DNA of 64,000 bases from Azolla caroliniana (GCA_043228905.1 JBHGNT010000010.1:19158001-19222000), one strand, 5' to 3'. Positions 1-12,712 are shown, counted from the stretch's first letter. Notes: generated by a model not told the origin, from the letters alone. Numbers and translations are program-made.

Positions 1-3000
1 CTGTTACTATTTGCTACCTACCTGAGATCTTCATAGGAAGAGTGTTGATTCATGACACATGTTCCGCACCTGACGGATTTAATTCTCAAATAAGTCAATC
101 TCCAAAACATAATGATTTCTCGACAAAGCTCATTCTTTGCAAGACTCATGAGCATTGGGATTTAATGGTGCCTTCATTATTAAATCTCATCATATCATAT
201 AAGTTTAGCTTGATATCATGCATAATGGCAATGTCAATAAAATATTTTTAAAAATGCATCATTCAAGCAACCTCTGTCTCTTACGATCATTAAATTTCTT
301 TTAGTGAGATTGAGGGATCAATGCGTTGTTTGAGGATGACAAATGAGATAAAGACAATAAAGGGAAAGGAAAAGATATTCTAACCTTTTTTATGTGTGTC
401 TCTTTCTTTTGTCACGATAATCTTTGAGGGGTCACCCACCACATTCAAATAAAGCATAATACGGTAGGTCGCGTGACAAGAAAACGATGAGTAACAACTC
501 ATTATATCGTTTCTGATGTTTCTAGTTTTCTTTTTATGAGTACTAAAGTGAACTGCATTTTTCTTTCATTACACATATGAACTCAATTATGTATTTCAAA
601 GTAGATGGAACATTTTTTGTGATACTTCCTTGATTCGACCGAAGCATATGCTAAATAGAGAGAATTGTCCCATTGTCATGTTCAAAAGTCCATAATGTAA
701 CTTTACATGTTTTCTAACGTTTATATCATATATATGTGCATTAATACATGCATGTTAAGTTGCTATCATACACACATGCATGTTCAATTAATTCTCATTA
801 TTTTGTTTGTACAGTATAGAGTGATATTTGGTTGTGCTTTTAAGGAATATGGGGTAAGTTGTAACTATAAGAATATATATGCTCTATGAATCATGGTTTG
901 GCTCATAAACTCTTGGTGCTTATAAACCTTAATCTCCTTCTATGAACTAATTCTAGCAACAAATTCATTGAAGGGTTCACGAAAATGCACGTATGGTTTA
1001 TTGTGATATTGTAAACTCAAACATGCGTTGGTTTAGCTAATAAACCCCTTGGTGCTTATAGACCTTAATCTACGTATATGAACTAGTTCTAGTGAGAAAT
1101 CCCTAAAGGGCTGAAGAAAACACATGCATTTATTGGTCGTGAATCATATTGTCAACTTGAAAATGAGTTGTTAACACACACAAACAAACAAACAAATCTA
1201 TGTAAATAGCATATGAAACGACATCCGCAATATTTTGATTTGCGAAGAAAGTTATGGAATATTTTAAAACACATACATAGATTTATGTAATAGCATATGA
1301 AACAAACATCTGAAATATCTTGATTTGGGAAGAAAAGCTATGGAATATTTTGTGAACTTTCTTTAGCATTTTAGTTTGGTGCCTGTGTACCACTGGAGAA
1401 GAACCATATTCCAACCTTTTTGTGACAAATTGAGAATCAAGCTCAATCTTCTCCACAACACACCTATGTCTATAAACACATGTTATGTAAGCTCAATTAA
1501 GTGTGATAGTCAAACTATATACTTAGATTCAATATTGAATACATATTATTTAGAAAAGTACATTAGGAAGTGAAAGAGCATGAATTAACTCTAGAATATA
1601 TGTGTAAGTTCATAGATATTGTAAGAATTGGCATGCGAAGTAGATGGATACACCACTACTTGTAAGAGGCTATATAAAGTTTAAAGTTTTAAACCCCTCT
1701 TTCCTACTGTAAATTGTTGGACATAATGGAATAGCATTATTGCTAACATATTTATTGTTAGGCTCTACCCTAATTGTGTTTAATATATTGATATGTCATA
1801 ATGGTGTGTTAATGTCAATTTGACCATTATTTATTTTGGTTATTTTAATCCACGTCTCTTACTCTTTCCCTTGTTTATTATATTTATATTCTCACATTTT
1901 CTCTCAATGTATCTCACATATATTTATATTTTCACCTCTCACATACATATATCTACACACACTCACTAACTGCTTCCAATGCAAATTACTACTAATTACT
2001 CATATAACAAATTATGTAATCATTTACAATGAACAATCAAGTTCTTACGTAACTCCCATTTACGCTTATGGTTAAGCTCATTGTAAGAAATAATTTGTTC
2101 GGTTGTGCCAAACATTTGGTGAGTAAATCAACTTGGGTTACAATTCCAGATGATGAAATTTGCACACATTTGAAGGATAGTCCATGTTCATTATGGTGGT
2201 TTTACAACTTAGGATGGATTTTGCAATAATACTTTGACATGTAATCATAAAAGCACAACTATTCATTGCAATGCACATTCAATTTGAATTATTATTTTTG
2301 ACAATAGTGTCAAGCATAATGAAATGACGCCTAATTGATCAAATGATCATCGAAGATATTGGTGTATGAATGTCATTTGATTTGACTTTGTTTGGTGTTT
2401 GTGTGAACTTATGGTTATTCATGAATCACCTTGATGGTTTTACACTTATTCTTATGAATCATGCCATTGGTTTGGGGTGGATTGAAGGTTGCCCACCATG
2501 TTGAGGTTTCTCTCTCGCGAATGGCTTTAACCATATCCTATGGCATAAAGATAAATGAATGTTATAATCCCACTATGCCAGAATCGTTTTAGGAATATTA
2601 CGTTTCATTTTTTAAAGAATTGTACACATGTAGGATGAGTATGTCTTCCCCAAGAAAGATAATTTATACATGTAGGATTTATGACTTTATACTCTAGAAG
2701 GTTGGGTGTGCCTTGAAAACATGCGGAATTGGAGAAACAACTTGAAGATTGTCCGTCTAGACTTTAAGTACATAAGTATGTCGTCACAAAAGGAAATCTT
2801 AATAAAAATGGAATATGATACATAAAATAACCCATTGTTCTAACTTCTAACCATGTACCAAAGCCGAATGGAAATTCAAACTTCGTATAAGTTTTTTAAT
2901 TTTGGACACTTCCTTTGTCTTGTCAAGGGAGTGTTTTGAACAAGAGGAAAAAACTTGTCATAAAAATAAGAAATCAATCATAGTTGTATTATTATGTATA

Positions 3001-3077
3001 TATAAATAAATGACATAACATGTATCATTTAATGAGGAATGTATCGTATACCACGTTCCGATATTAAAAGCACCTAT
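1..3077. repeat. Near-identical direct duplicate of 12656-15732 (offset 12,655), truncated by the assembly gap
   Basis: Base-for-base match by eye with only 3 differences seen (735 T/13390 C; 1183 A/13838 C; 1548 A/14203 C). The ORF track repeats at the same offset (707/13362, 1376/14031, 1836/14491). Confidence 0.97.
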
Positions 3078-3177
3078 NNNNNNNNNNNNNNNNNNNNNNN
3101 NNNNNNNNNNNNNNNNNNNNNNNNNNNNNNNNNNNNNNNNNNNNNNNNNNNNNNNNNNNNNNNNNNNNNNNNNNNNN
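3078..3177. other. Assembly gap (100 N)
   Basis: Run of exactly 100 N, a standard placeholder for a gap of unknown size. Confidence 0.99.
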
Positions 3178-3854
3178 ATTCTTAGTTTGATGAGGGACAT
3201 ATATATATACATATATAAGTTTATTTATAAATGATGAAATGAGCCAGTTATATTTCTAGTTAGAGCCACGCATGATTATATCATAAATGTACGTATGTCT
3301 GTTTGCACACAAATTCACACACCCATATGAAAAAGAGAACTATAGAGAGGAAAATGATATCTTTGGACATGTTATGTTTCTTTTGGGACATTATATGGTT
3401 ATTTCATCTAATGTAAATTAATATAGACTCAGGAAAACCTGAAATAAAAAGCAAAGCCATGATGTCTGCTTATCTTCAACTTTTTTTTCAGTTGTGCCTT
3501 TTGATTTGAGTTGAACTTTGATAATGTTCACCGCATGTTTTTATTATGATAATTTTTATAACTCCTGATTTATTATATGCTTGTTTTATACAAATGACTA
3601 TATTATTTTGTGATGCTTATATTTGACTACGTTTTCTGACCTGTTTTGCTGACTCAAGCTTCTGGATGCTCATTTCTTATGGGTTTTAATATGTTTTGAG
3701 TTTGATTAGCATATGTTAACATGTGTCTTTTGGTGCATTCAATTATACTGATACTCTTTTCAGCTGTTTAAAATTTGGTTTGCATATGTATATAACATCA
3801 TTTTTTTTTACTTGCAGGTAGTTTCAAAGTTGAAGTTATTTTCTCGTGGTAATC

Positions 3855-5564
3855 ATGTCAGAAACATCGACTGTAGAGTCTGCCATAGCTGATAAAGTCC
3901 ATGACCTCCCTGCTTCGACACCTTCTGAGGCTGAAGAAGAGCATCCGAAACACAATGTCAAGAAACGCCTCTTCAATAGGGAGCGAAGCTTGCATGACAT
4001 ATTTGGTGGTGGAAAGGGTAAATGTCTTATAATATTGGTCTTTTCTGTTCTGATTTATTTTCAGCAACGGTTGAAGTTATTTGAGGTTTCATTTCACTTT
4101 TCCATAATGTAGAGGAGTGCAGCTGCATTGAGCTGCAAGAAATTTAAAAATCCATTTACATTATTTTGTTTATTTCAGCTGCTGATGCGTTACTATGGAG
4201 GAATAAGATAATATCTGGCGGAATATTGGGTGTTGCGACGATTTTATACTTTGTTCTTGAGCACTCGGGCTACACTCTTTTATCAATTGTCTCGAATCTA
4301 CTCCTTGTTACCTTTGCAGTCCTCTTCCTCTGGTCGAATGCAGCTGTCTTCTTAAAAAGGTAGTTTTTAATTTCTGGAAGTCTCTGTAGGATTTATTACA
4401 ATTTAAATGAATTTAACATAACATAATATTATGTAAACAAATGTCACAAAACTTAACCTAAGATTACGTAAACAAATGTAACATACCATTTTATTATTAT
4501 GTAAATGAATGTAACGTAACATAATATTGTGTAAACGAATGTAACATAAACTAACATAAGATTATATAAAAGAATTATGTAAATTAATACAACATAATAT
4601 TTTAATATTATGCAGATGAATATGACATAATATATTACAATGTAGATCAATACATTACAATCATATGTGACGAGTTTTGATTTGTTTTTGAAGAGATGAT
4701 GCTTCTTTATAGATTGATAGATCAAAATTTAAAATGGCAGGTCTCCTCCACCTTTGCCTGATCTCCGCATTTCTGAAGAAGTAGCAAATTCTGTGGCCTC
4801 AACTCTGAGTGTAGAGATCAACAAGATTTTGGCTGCTGCCCATGAAATTGCTCTAGGAAAGGATTTCAAGCAGTTCATTAAGGTTGTTTTGCAAACTTTG
4901 AATGTTTGTGGAAATATTCTTTACTAATCGTTTTTGTTTCCTTTTCATGAAAATGGAGGCTTCAATGCAAACATTGTGAAAAGATCGCATAGATTGATGG
5001 GAATTTCAGTAGAGAATTTATATACATTTAGTTTCTCGTGCAAACATTTTGAACTGGCGAAAGAAGAATTTGAACTAGTGTTTCCTATTGCACATGATTT
5101 AAGCTCCAGTTTAATTGGGGTCTTGTGAATTGAATTGAGGGGTGAGGTTTAGGGTCTATTGTGTATGAAGTTTAATCTTGGGTACTTGCTTTTGCAGGTC
5201 ATGGCAGTTTTATGGGGTCTTTCCATAGTTGGAGGCTGGTTTCATTTTCTAACGATTGTTTATCTTGGTAATGTGATGTGCCTTCAACCCACGTTGTGTA
5301 GAACTAACAGTTGGATATTTTTCCTAGGGTTATGATTGAGGTAGTAATCAAGGATTGGTGATAATAATCATGTTTCTTGTTTAATATGGTGCAGTTCTAG
5401 TTGTTGCTCACACTATCCCGATTGTGTATGAGACATATGAAGATCAAATCGAGATATATGCTAGGCGTGGCTATGAAGAAGTTCAAAAGCAGTACAAGAA
5501 AGCAGATGATGCCTTGCTTAGCAATATCTTTAAGAAATTCCCAAAGCTGAAGAAGACAGAGTAA
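3855..5564 (+). CDS. RTNLB: Reticulon-like protein B (RTNLB family), 5 coding exons
   Basis: Exons 3855-4017, 4179-4359, 4741-4882, 5198-5267, 5395-5564, all GT-AG and in phase. Motifs RLFNRERSLHDIFGGGKAADALLWRNK, FLWSNA, SPPPLPDLRISEE, VGGWFHFLTIVY, HTIPIVYETYEDQI are typical of plant reticulons. The protein ends KKTE* (KKXX). A 5'UTR intron acceptor lies at ~3817. Confidence 0.95.
4410..4670. repeat. Degenerate AT-rich minisatellite in reticulon intron 2
   Basis: Recurrent ATGTAACATAATATT / ATGTAAACAAATGTAAC motifs. Confidence 0.6.
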
Positions 5565-6917
5565 AAAAGCTGTGAAGCGGTCCTCGTTTTCTTGTCAATG
5601 GATTGGATGTCATTATCAGAAAGTATTGTCCATTGCGGTACAAGATTCACATAGGAACTTAATGGTGTTTTTCTAGATAATGCAAAGATGCACATACGAG
5701 TGCATTCCTGAATGAATGCCTTTGGCATATTTTTATTTTAAGCACTTGGGACATAGGCCTTTATTTATTATCGTCGACAGGGGCTGAAGTACTAGTAAAT
5801 GGAAAGTTAAAAGTTCCTTCGTTTTTCCCAGTAGTTGAGGAGCTAAAAGTACTACTTGGAGTGACAATTTTTTGAACTGTTAGTTGTTCACCATATTAGT
5901 TCTCTTGTTGGTTGACATCTTGGCATTGGCTTCTTATAATGTTCTGTATTTTGTTTGCTGATGAGGTGTGGCCATTGCATTTTCTTATGAGGTCTTATTG
6001 TCGGTGAATTGTAGTTTACTGTTATTTTGACATTGGCACTACTTTGCAAGTATTTATAAGATATTGCTTGATGTTGTGCTATTAATTAGGTTTCACCAGA
6101 GTGAACTTGAATATGGTGACTGATAATTGTGATTATTGCTTGTGAAGAAGTCATGTACTCTGTCTATTGATTTGATATTGTAATTTTTTAATGCTGGGAA
6201 CTAGTTGAATTAACAGTAGCCTGATGGTGAATGAATCAAAGCCTTATGTCCCTTCCATTTGGTTTGGAATTCTGTGGCATGTGTAGATGCTTGGTATTGC
6301 ATATTTAGATGAAGACTGCAATGAAGTTGGGAGTTAGACTTGAGTTTCCTACATTCATAGCAGTGTAGATGTTTAGGACTACAACAAGCCTATGTGCAAA
6401 TGGTATTCACGTTTGCTACTTCATGATTTTTTCCAGTGCTTGTGTAAAGGTTAGTTATACAATGTATTTGCCTTTTGCCTAGGAGACGGGCAGAAACCTC
6501 GAAATTAGATTATTTTGCACCTGAAGAAGATTTGGATTGCAACGAGGGCATTTATCATTTCATGCAGAACACTTGGATCATGACAGATCTAAGGTAGGCA
6601 TGATCCTTCAGGTTATTAACACAGGAAGAACCACATAATGCAATCTAATAAGAAACAGTATTTTACTTGATTCCCTAAAATAATTTGATAGACATGCCAC
6701 ACTCGATTTGAACGTGAAAAATGTGGTGGTTTTGTAGGTATCAAAAGTAGCTATCTATTCATTTCATCTGGACGCATTTGAGTACAAATTCCATGCACTC
6801 AAAGTTCCATCTCAATTTTTTCTACAACCAACATCAATGGTGGGGTCGCCAACCAGGCCTCAGCTAATGTGTGAGGCAGTGATTGCTGGGATAGTTGTAC
6901 CATCTAGAGAAAGACAC

Positions 6918-9136
6918 CTACACTGGTTCATAAAGCCCCAACATATGACCATCCAAGCATCGAACCGCAGCTACCTGCATAAACCAAATATTCATGAGAA
7001 AGGAACACTCATTTACTAAACTCATAACACGATAAATGGTGGATAGTTCTAGCTAGATCCTATTTACAAAATTTCTCCCACTTTTTCTATTGATGACAAC
7101 TTGAATTCCAATTCTATGTCAATTAATCATGGGTCGGGCCAAGTATTTACCTCTTGACAATATTTATTACAGCCTTAGTCACGGATCAAAATATGAGTTA
7201 TATCTAGGATCACTAAATTCTTTCAAAACCACAATATTGTTGCAAATGCGTTTGATTTGCAAAATAAACCAACCTTTGGTTTCTACTGTATGGTGGGTGT
7301 TACATTATCACCCAATGGTCAAAAGAATTGAGAAACCTTTTCTATATTCAAGCTTTTTATCAGTCCCTCGCCTATATTTAGGCTATTAGTTTGAGTGACG
7401 TTCACATGACAAAGGTGCCTCAACTAGGCTGACAAAACTATCATTGCCATCTACCATAAATAAAGCTGGGAATGAAAGAGAACTCTAGAAGGATGATAGG
7501 AGGGTGGAGAGCATATCATAGGAGAACAGAGAATATGTGCCAGATGACACAACCTTAGGAGAGGCAACTTATGATGATAAGCCCATGATTAGTTGTTTTG
7601 AGATATGATAGCAACATATTATTAGGTTATATCACAATATCAATGAAGAAGTGCCCGCAACGTACAAAGATGTAGGTAATCTCTTATGGTGATCTCTTAC
7701 GAAAAAATGTTGTCAATCAAACGTACATTGTATGCCAAGAATGAGGTTAAACATCAAAATCCAAATATCTAATCAGCAAAACTATTATCATTTTTTACAT
7801 TTGTCATTGTCATAGAACACATGCGTGCGTGCGTGTGTGTGTAAAAGATGATACCTACAAAGATTAAAAAATGTGGTAAACATATACCTTCCCATGAATT
7901 TCATGCTTGATTGGACCATCAAGTTCAGCACCCATGCTCAAAAGTTTTGTAATTGTGCCATCTAGATCTGTGACATCAAACGAGAGGTAGGAGGAATAAC
8001 TCTTTACCTGCTCAAAATCACTGTAGCCAAGTGTAAATATGGAAACTTTTCCAATATAAAATAAGGGATTTTGATTATTACACATGAACAAAAACTAGGA
8101 TGATGAGTTTAGTTGAACCATTTTTTGCATTTACAATCCATACATTTCAAATGACAATTTAAATAGATGAATAGGCAATTCTATCGGTCAAGTTTTCCTC
8201 CGCTTGTAACAGCGATGAAAATATCATCCAACAAACAACAGCATACAAATACCTCCATGCACAATTATAGAACAATGGACATTGCAGAAAGAATCCGGAT
8301 AGGCACAATCTGTAACGAATTTTACATATAATTGGCATTAAATAAATAGACACAATCTCTGATGTTTCTTAGATTGGATTCCTGCTGCCCTTGTAATAAT
8401 GATACTTCTTTCGTTAAACTTATGAAAAGTCATGTACAATAAAAGAAACTCTGAATAACGCTATCTCTTTCTCCAAATTCATCTAATAAATAGCACCGTA
8501 AATACTTCACAACCGTTGTAGTGCAGTGAAGTATATGAATGTACATTTAATTACAAATATGTAGTCTTTATTCTTAGTTTTAGATATGTTTTGTTGATTG
8601 CAATTCTGAGTGGCGATGTACAGCCTTCGACTTCCAATTACCATATTATAAATGGAAAATCATAAACTTAATTCTAATTTTGAAATTCTGGCAAGTTTTA
8701 TACAACTAAAATAAGGGGTTCAGTCCTACAGGGTTAAAGGTCCTTATTAGGGTTTTAAGGTTTTTGCCTAGGTCTTTAGGGGCTTTGAGTTTTAGGGTTT
8801 AGGCTTGGGGGTTTTCAGGGGTTTTTTAGGGTTTCCGTTTTTAGGGGTATTTTAGGGTTTCTAAAAGTTTATTTGAATTTTGCTTCGATCATAAATATAT
8901 GATGTATAAATGAAGAAAGCATTGTATAAAAATAGAGAACGAGTGGAAGCAAGGATGATGATGAGATCGCGAGAGTACCTGGGTGCTTGCATGAGGCCCA
9001 GCTTAAAGGGTCCAGATTGAAGCTCCGCCCATCTGTTGGTGCAGACAGTGAGTGTGAGGCCAAGGCCCTGCGAGAAAAACTTGGCGGCAAGGGGCACGTC
9101 CTTGTGAAGCATCACCACATACCTGAGCAACGCCAT
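6918..9136 (-). CDS. VOC/glyoxalase (lactoylglutathione lyase-like) family small protein, 3 exons
   Basis: Exons 9136-8979 (MALLRYVVMLHKDVPLAAKFFSQGLGL..WAELQSGP), 8020-7888 (YSSYLSFDVTDLDGTITKLLSMGAELDGPIKHEIHGK), 6974-6918 (VAAVRCLDGHMLGLYEPV*). Introns are GT-AG and phases are consistent. The pattern is a single VOC domain. Confidence 0.92.
8730..8862. repeat. Degenerate telomere-like (TTTAGGG) / telo-box cluster in intron 1 of the VOC gene
   Basis: Several TTAGGG/TTTAGGG variants (e.g. TTTAGGGTTTAGG, TTTTAGGGTTT); reads AAACCCTA on the gene's sense strand. Confidence 0.65.
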
Positions 9137-9352
9137 GACAGTATGTAGCAGTATGTATGTGTATGCAAATCAATCAAATGGCGATGGAATCATTCTACAC
9201 CTGAGTCATGTGCTAAGAAATTCGATAAGAACAGAGAACAGCGAACAGAGAGGCGGCTTCTTCTTCTTCTTCTTCTTTTCCGGTGAGGCTTTCCTTTTTT
9301 GGTATGTCTATTCCCAAATCAATACAAAAGTGAACGAAGGTTTTTACATAAA

Positions 9353-9425
9353 GGGGATGTAGCTCAGATGGTAGAGCGCTCGCTTAGCATGCGAGAGGTA
9401 CGGGGATCGATACCCCGCATCTCCA
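9353..9425 (+). tRNA. trnA-AGC: tRNA-Ala(AGC)
   Basis: GGGGATGTAGCTCAGATGGTAGAGCGCTCGCTTAGCATGCGAGAGGTACGGGGATCGATACCCCGCATCTCCA, 73 nt. Anticodon stem CTCGC/GCGAG with loop TTAGCAT, the GATCGA T-loop of eukaryotic tRNA-Ala, and a G3:U70 pair. Confidence 0.98.
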
Positions 9426-9431
9426 TATTTC

Positions 9432-9436
9432 TTTTT
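9432..9436 (+). terminator. Pol III oligo-dT terminator of tRNA-Ala
   Basis: TTTTT a few nt after the tRNA 3' end. Confidence 0.75.
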
Positions 9437-10801
9437 ATCATGGCTTCCCTTTTTGCTCTTTCTTTCTACCCTCCTCCTTCTTTGCTTTTTTGCTTACAAG
9501 AAAAAACAAAACCTAAGAGGTAGCCAGCCAACTTCACCTTTTTATCAAGCAAGAGAACCCACTAATAAACCACTTAGGAGCATTTAGAAAGATAATGAGA
9601 AACATTCTCTTAGACTTCTCCATAGTATGCCTTGGTGTTATATATATATTATATAATAATATATGTACTATGGATTAAATATTATATGTAAAGGATGGAT
9701 ATTTATCTATCTATCTATCTATCTATATATATATATGGCTTTTCTAATTGTTTCATTTTTTTTTTCCTTGAGTATATTACATAATATGGGTTACATTGCG
9801 CACCTACGTTTATAAAATCATAATGTTTTAAATTCATAACTACATGGCTTATAATGGCTTGACTTATATGTCATGGCCCATGGCTGTTCTAAATCCACCA
9901 CATTTTTAACAATGCTCATATACACCCTAGTATGTGCATGCAATGTCTGCCCCATAATAGATGCATTCTTTTCTCGTGGGGAAAATTAGTTCAACAAAAT
10001 GTATCAGAAAGGCCCGACATCATTGTGTACGATCATCATTGTGGCAATGACAAAAGACCAATGCATTGTGGATTTATGGTAGGGGGATGATCTTGCACAT
10101 TCTGGCTCGTTTGGTTAAGGATTACTCCTTGTGTAGTAGAAAAATGTTTTGTGCTCATGTTGGCTTTGTGATAAAACTTTGCATAGAAATTCTTAGGGTA
10201 GTGGGACCCTATCAATCTTTCAAGTCCAATTACTTCCTTGTGTGAACTTGTGATAACTTGCAAGAAAGCTTCGGCAATTCACTCCTTAATGTGTTAGCAC
10301 TCATATACACTAACCCGATATATACAATAACTCTTAAACGATAAACACTGGTATTGAAATTATTGTTTACATGCACAATAAGTATTTGCTTCTAGTAAAT
10401 TTCATATATTTTCAAATGAGTGAAAACAAAAACATTACAACAAACAAAGTTGTAGTTTATCATTGACTCAAACAATCACCAAGACCTAAGATAATTCAGG
10501 TTACGATCATCAAAGCAAATGGAGAGACTGTGAAGGTCCACACCATTTCAACATTGACACTAGGGGGTATTAGTGAAGGGGCCACATTGATATTCTAAAT
10601 GGAATACAAAATCAGGTATTGATATTTTCAGTGGGAGTGCACCATGAGACTAGTTCCAACTAGTTTATAATTTATTCTCAAGGTGTGTTGAATTCCAATC
10701 AAAATACTTATTGTTATTTGTTACCATAAAACATATGCTCCATTGGTATTAATAAAAAGCCCGAAGGCAGTATACAAATAGTACATAATATTGTTTAATC
10801 T

Positions 10802-11098
10802 CCACCAGTATATCTGAACTTATTCTAGCATTTGTAAAAACTATTGGGAAAAAAAACAGCCATAAAACACAGCATTGATTCCAGTGATCTGCTGCAGAAA
10901 ACAAAATTTCGGGCTCTTAGAACAGAACTCCATAGAAAACTTATATTTCGCATGATATTCCATGTCCTCCGTCTTTCCAATCATATGTGTCAGGTGTGGA
11001 GCTATAAGAAGATTCACCATCCCAACAGAAACAGTTGCAAACAGATCTGAACTGATTCCAGCATTTGTAAAAACTGTTGGGGAGAAAAAAACAAACCA
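10802..11098 (-). pseudogene. Duplicated and rearranged fragment of an MFS sugar-porter (pGlcT/SGB1-like) gene
   Basis: Minus-strand translation gives FFSPTVFTNAGISSDLFATVSVGMVNLL (from ~11089), then LQQITGINAVFY followed after a frameshift by FFPIVFTNARISSDILV (to ~10803). QQxxGINAVxY is the sugar-porter TM7 signature. No other exons are recognisable. Confidence 0.7.
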
Positions 11099-11129
11099 TG
11101 AAAATGAAATGTACTATACTAATCTCCAC

Positions 11130-12250
11130 CTCTCACCCCATTTGCTTCGATCCCCACAACTTATTCACTCTCCCTTCATGATGTGCTTCGGCCCCCTCAC
11201 CATCATCACTCCTAAAAACAACCAAATTGCTTCATTCAATCCACCTCCACCATCTCGCCGAATGCCACCAATGTCCTGTGGAATTAACAACAAAATAAGT
11301 AAAAAAATTCCTCATCCCCTCATGAGCTGCTTCGATCCCCCCCACCATCATCACTCCTAAAACAGACACATTGCTTCCTTTAGTCCACATCCACCATCTC
11401 ATGAGGTACCACCAATGTCCTGTGCAATGAATCAACAAAAATGAGAAATTGTTCCTCATCCCCTCATGATTTGCTTTGTTCCCCTGCACCATCGTCACTC
11501 CTAAAAGTAGAGAAATTGCTTCAATCAAACCACATCCACCATCTCGCCGAATACCACCTCTGACCTATACAAATAACAACAAAAACAAGTGAATAATGGT
11601 TCCTCATCCCCTCATGATTTGCTTCTGTCCCCCCCACCATCATCACTCCTAAAAACAAACAAATTGCTTCAATCAATCCACATCCACCATCTCGCCGAGT
11701 ACCGCCAATATCCTGTGCAATTAACAACAAAATAAGTGAACAATGATTCCTCTCCCCTTTTGATCTGCTTCAGCCCTCGCACCAACACCACTCATCCTCA
11801 CACCATGACAAAGTTGCTTCAAATCCCACTGCCATCATCCTGCAACCTATGAGAACCATAATATTTGTCTTAAGTCAACCCATATCTGGGGTATCTTGCT
11901 TCCCCTATTCCATCTCACCGATTAACGCGGCCCTGTAATCACAACAAAAAATGAGGGAAAACCATTCCTCACCTTCTCATAATAATCTGCTTCAGCCCCC
12001 ACTCCAACATCACTCATCCTAACCACAAAAAACAGAAAAATGGCTTCGTCGTGTCCCCATCTACCATCTCGTTATCTCCGATTCGACAATCCTGTTACAC
12101 TAACAACCAACAAACGAGTAGAAAACAAACAGAAATCCTCACCTTCTCCTAGTAATCTTCGACAACCCCCACCAACATTAGTCATCCTAATCACAAAACA
12201 ACTTAAACCTATTTCAACCTGTCCACATCCACCATGTCAATGTCTCTGAT
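11130..12250. repeat. ~146-bp tandem satellite, about 7 degenerate units
   Basis: Anchor TTCCTCATCCCCTCATGA (or variants) at ~11164, 11308, 11452, 11600, 11747, with more decayed copies at ~11965 and ~12135. Shared internal motifs CACCATCATCACTCCTAAAA and CCACATCCACCATCTCGCCGA. Confidence 0.88.
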
Positions 12251-12362
12251 TATCACACGAAATCTGCCTCATACCACTAAAATCTTCTTATACTTATTGT
12301 TATTTGTTAAGATTAAGTCATCCGAGAAAAATTCAATTTTAGCATTATTACGGGATTAGATC

Positions 12363-12712
12363 TGTCGAATATGGGAAATAATGGACGTATTAACATTGTC
12401 CTATTGGACATATTAGGTCTTAGGCTATTTATGTAAATAGTGGAAAGGGCAGTTGCCCTAAGTCAATTGGTATTTAAACTGACTCTTGTAACCTAGTTTA
12501 GCGGGGCGTGGTTGTTGTTCATTTTGTATGTATATTGTGTTGTTGTAACCCTGAGAACAATATAGTTAGATTGTCTTGTGCCTACTTTGGTGTTTGTCTT
12601 CTCCTTGACTTCTCCTTGATCTTGTCTCTAATTAAGTTGCTTTTACTCTTAAAATCTGTTACTATTTGCTACCTACCTGAGATCTTCATAGGAAGAGTGT
12701 TGATTCATGACA
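12363..12712 (+). mobile_element. Possible solo LTR (~350 bp)
   Basis: Bounded by TGTCGAAT...ATTCATGACA (TG..CA, short imperfect inverted termini) with an internal TATTTAAA. No matching TSD was found, so support is weak. Confidence 0.3.

Noticed and set aside
42-2075. Short ORFs of 60-80 aa in the duplicated segment (and most other short ORFs in the track)
   Set aside because: No recognisable motifs, AT-rich low-complexity translations and many non-ATG starts; consistent with chance or antisense shadows of real exons.
9299-9523. 74-aa ORF over the tRNA, or a dicistronic tRNA-snoRNA
   Set aside because: The ORF is a by-product of the tRNA sequence. An oligo-T terminator follows the tRNA immediately and no C/D boxes are evident.
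10962-12249. Pro/His-rich and Trp/Met-rich ORFs on both strands
   Set aside because: They are translations of the 146-bp satellite and are broken by frameshifts between units.
11130-12250. CRISPR-like array
   Set aside because: Eukaryotic context, whole units are homologous (no unique spacers), and there are no cas genes.
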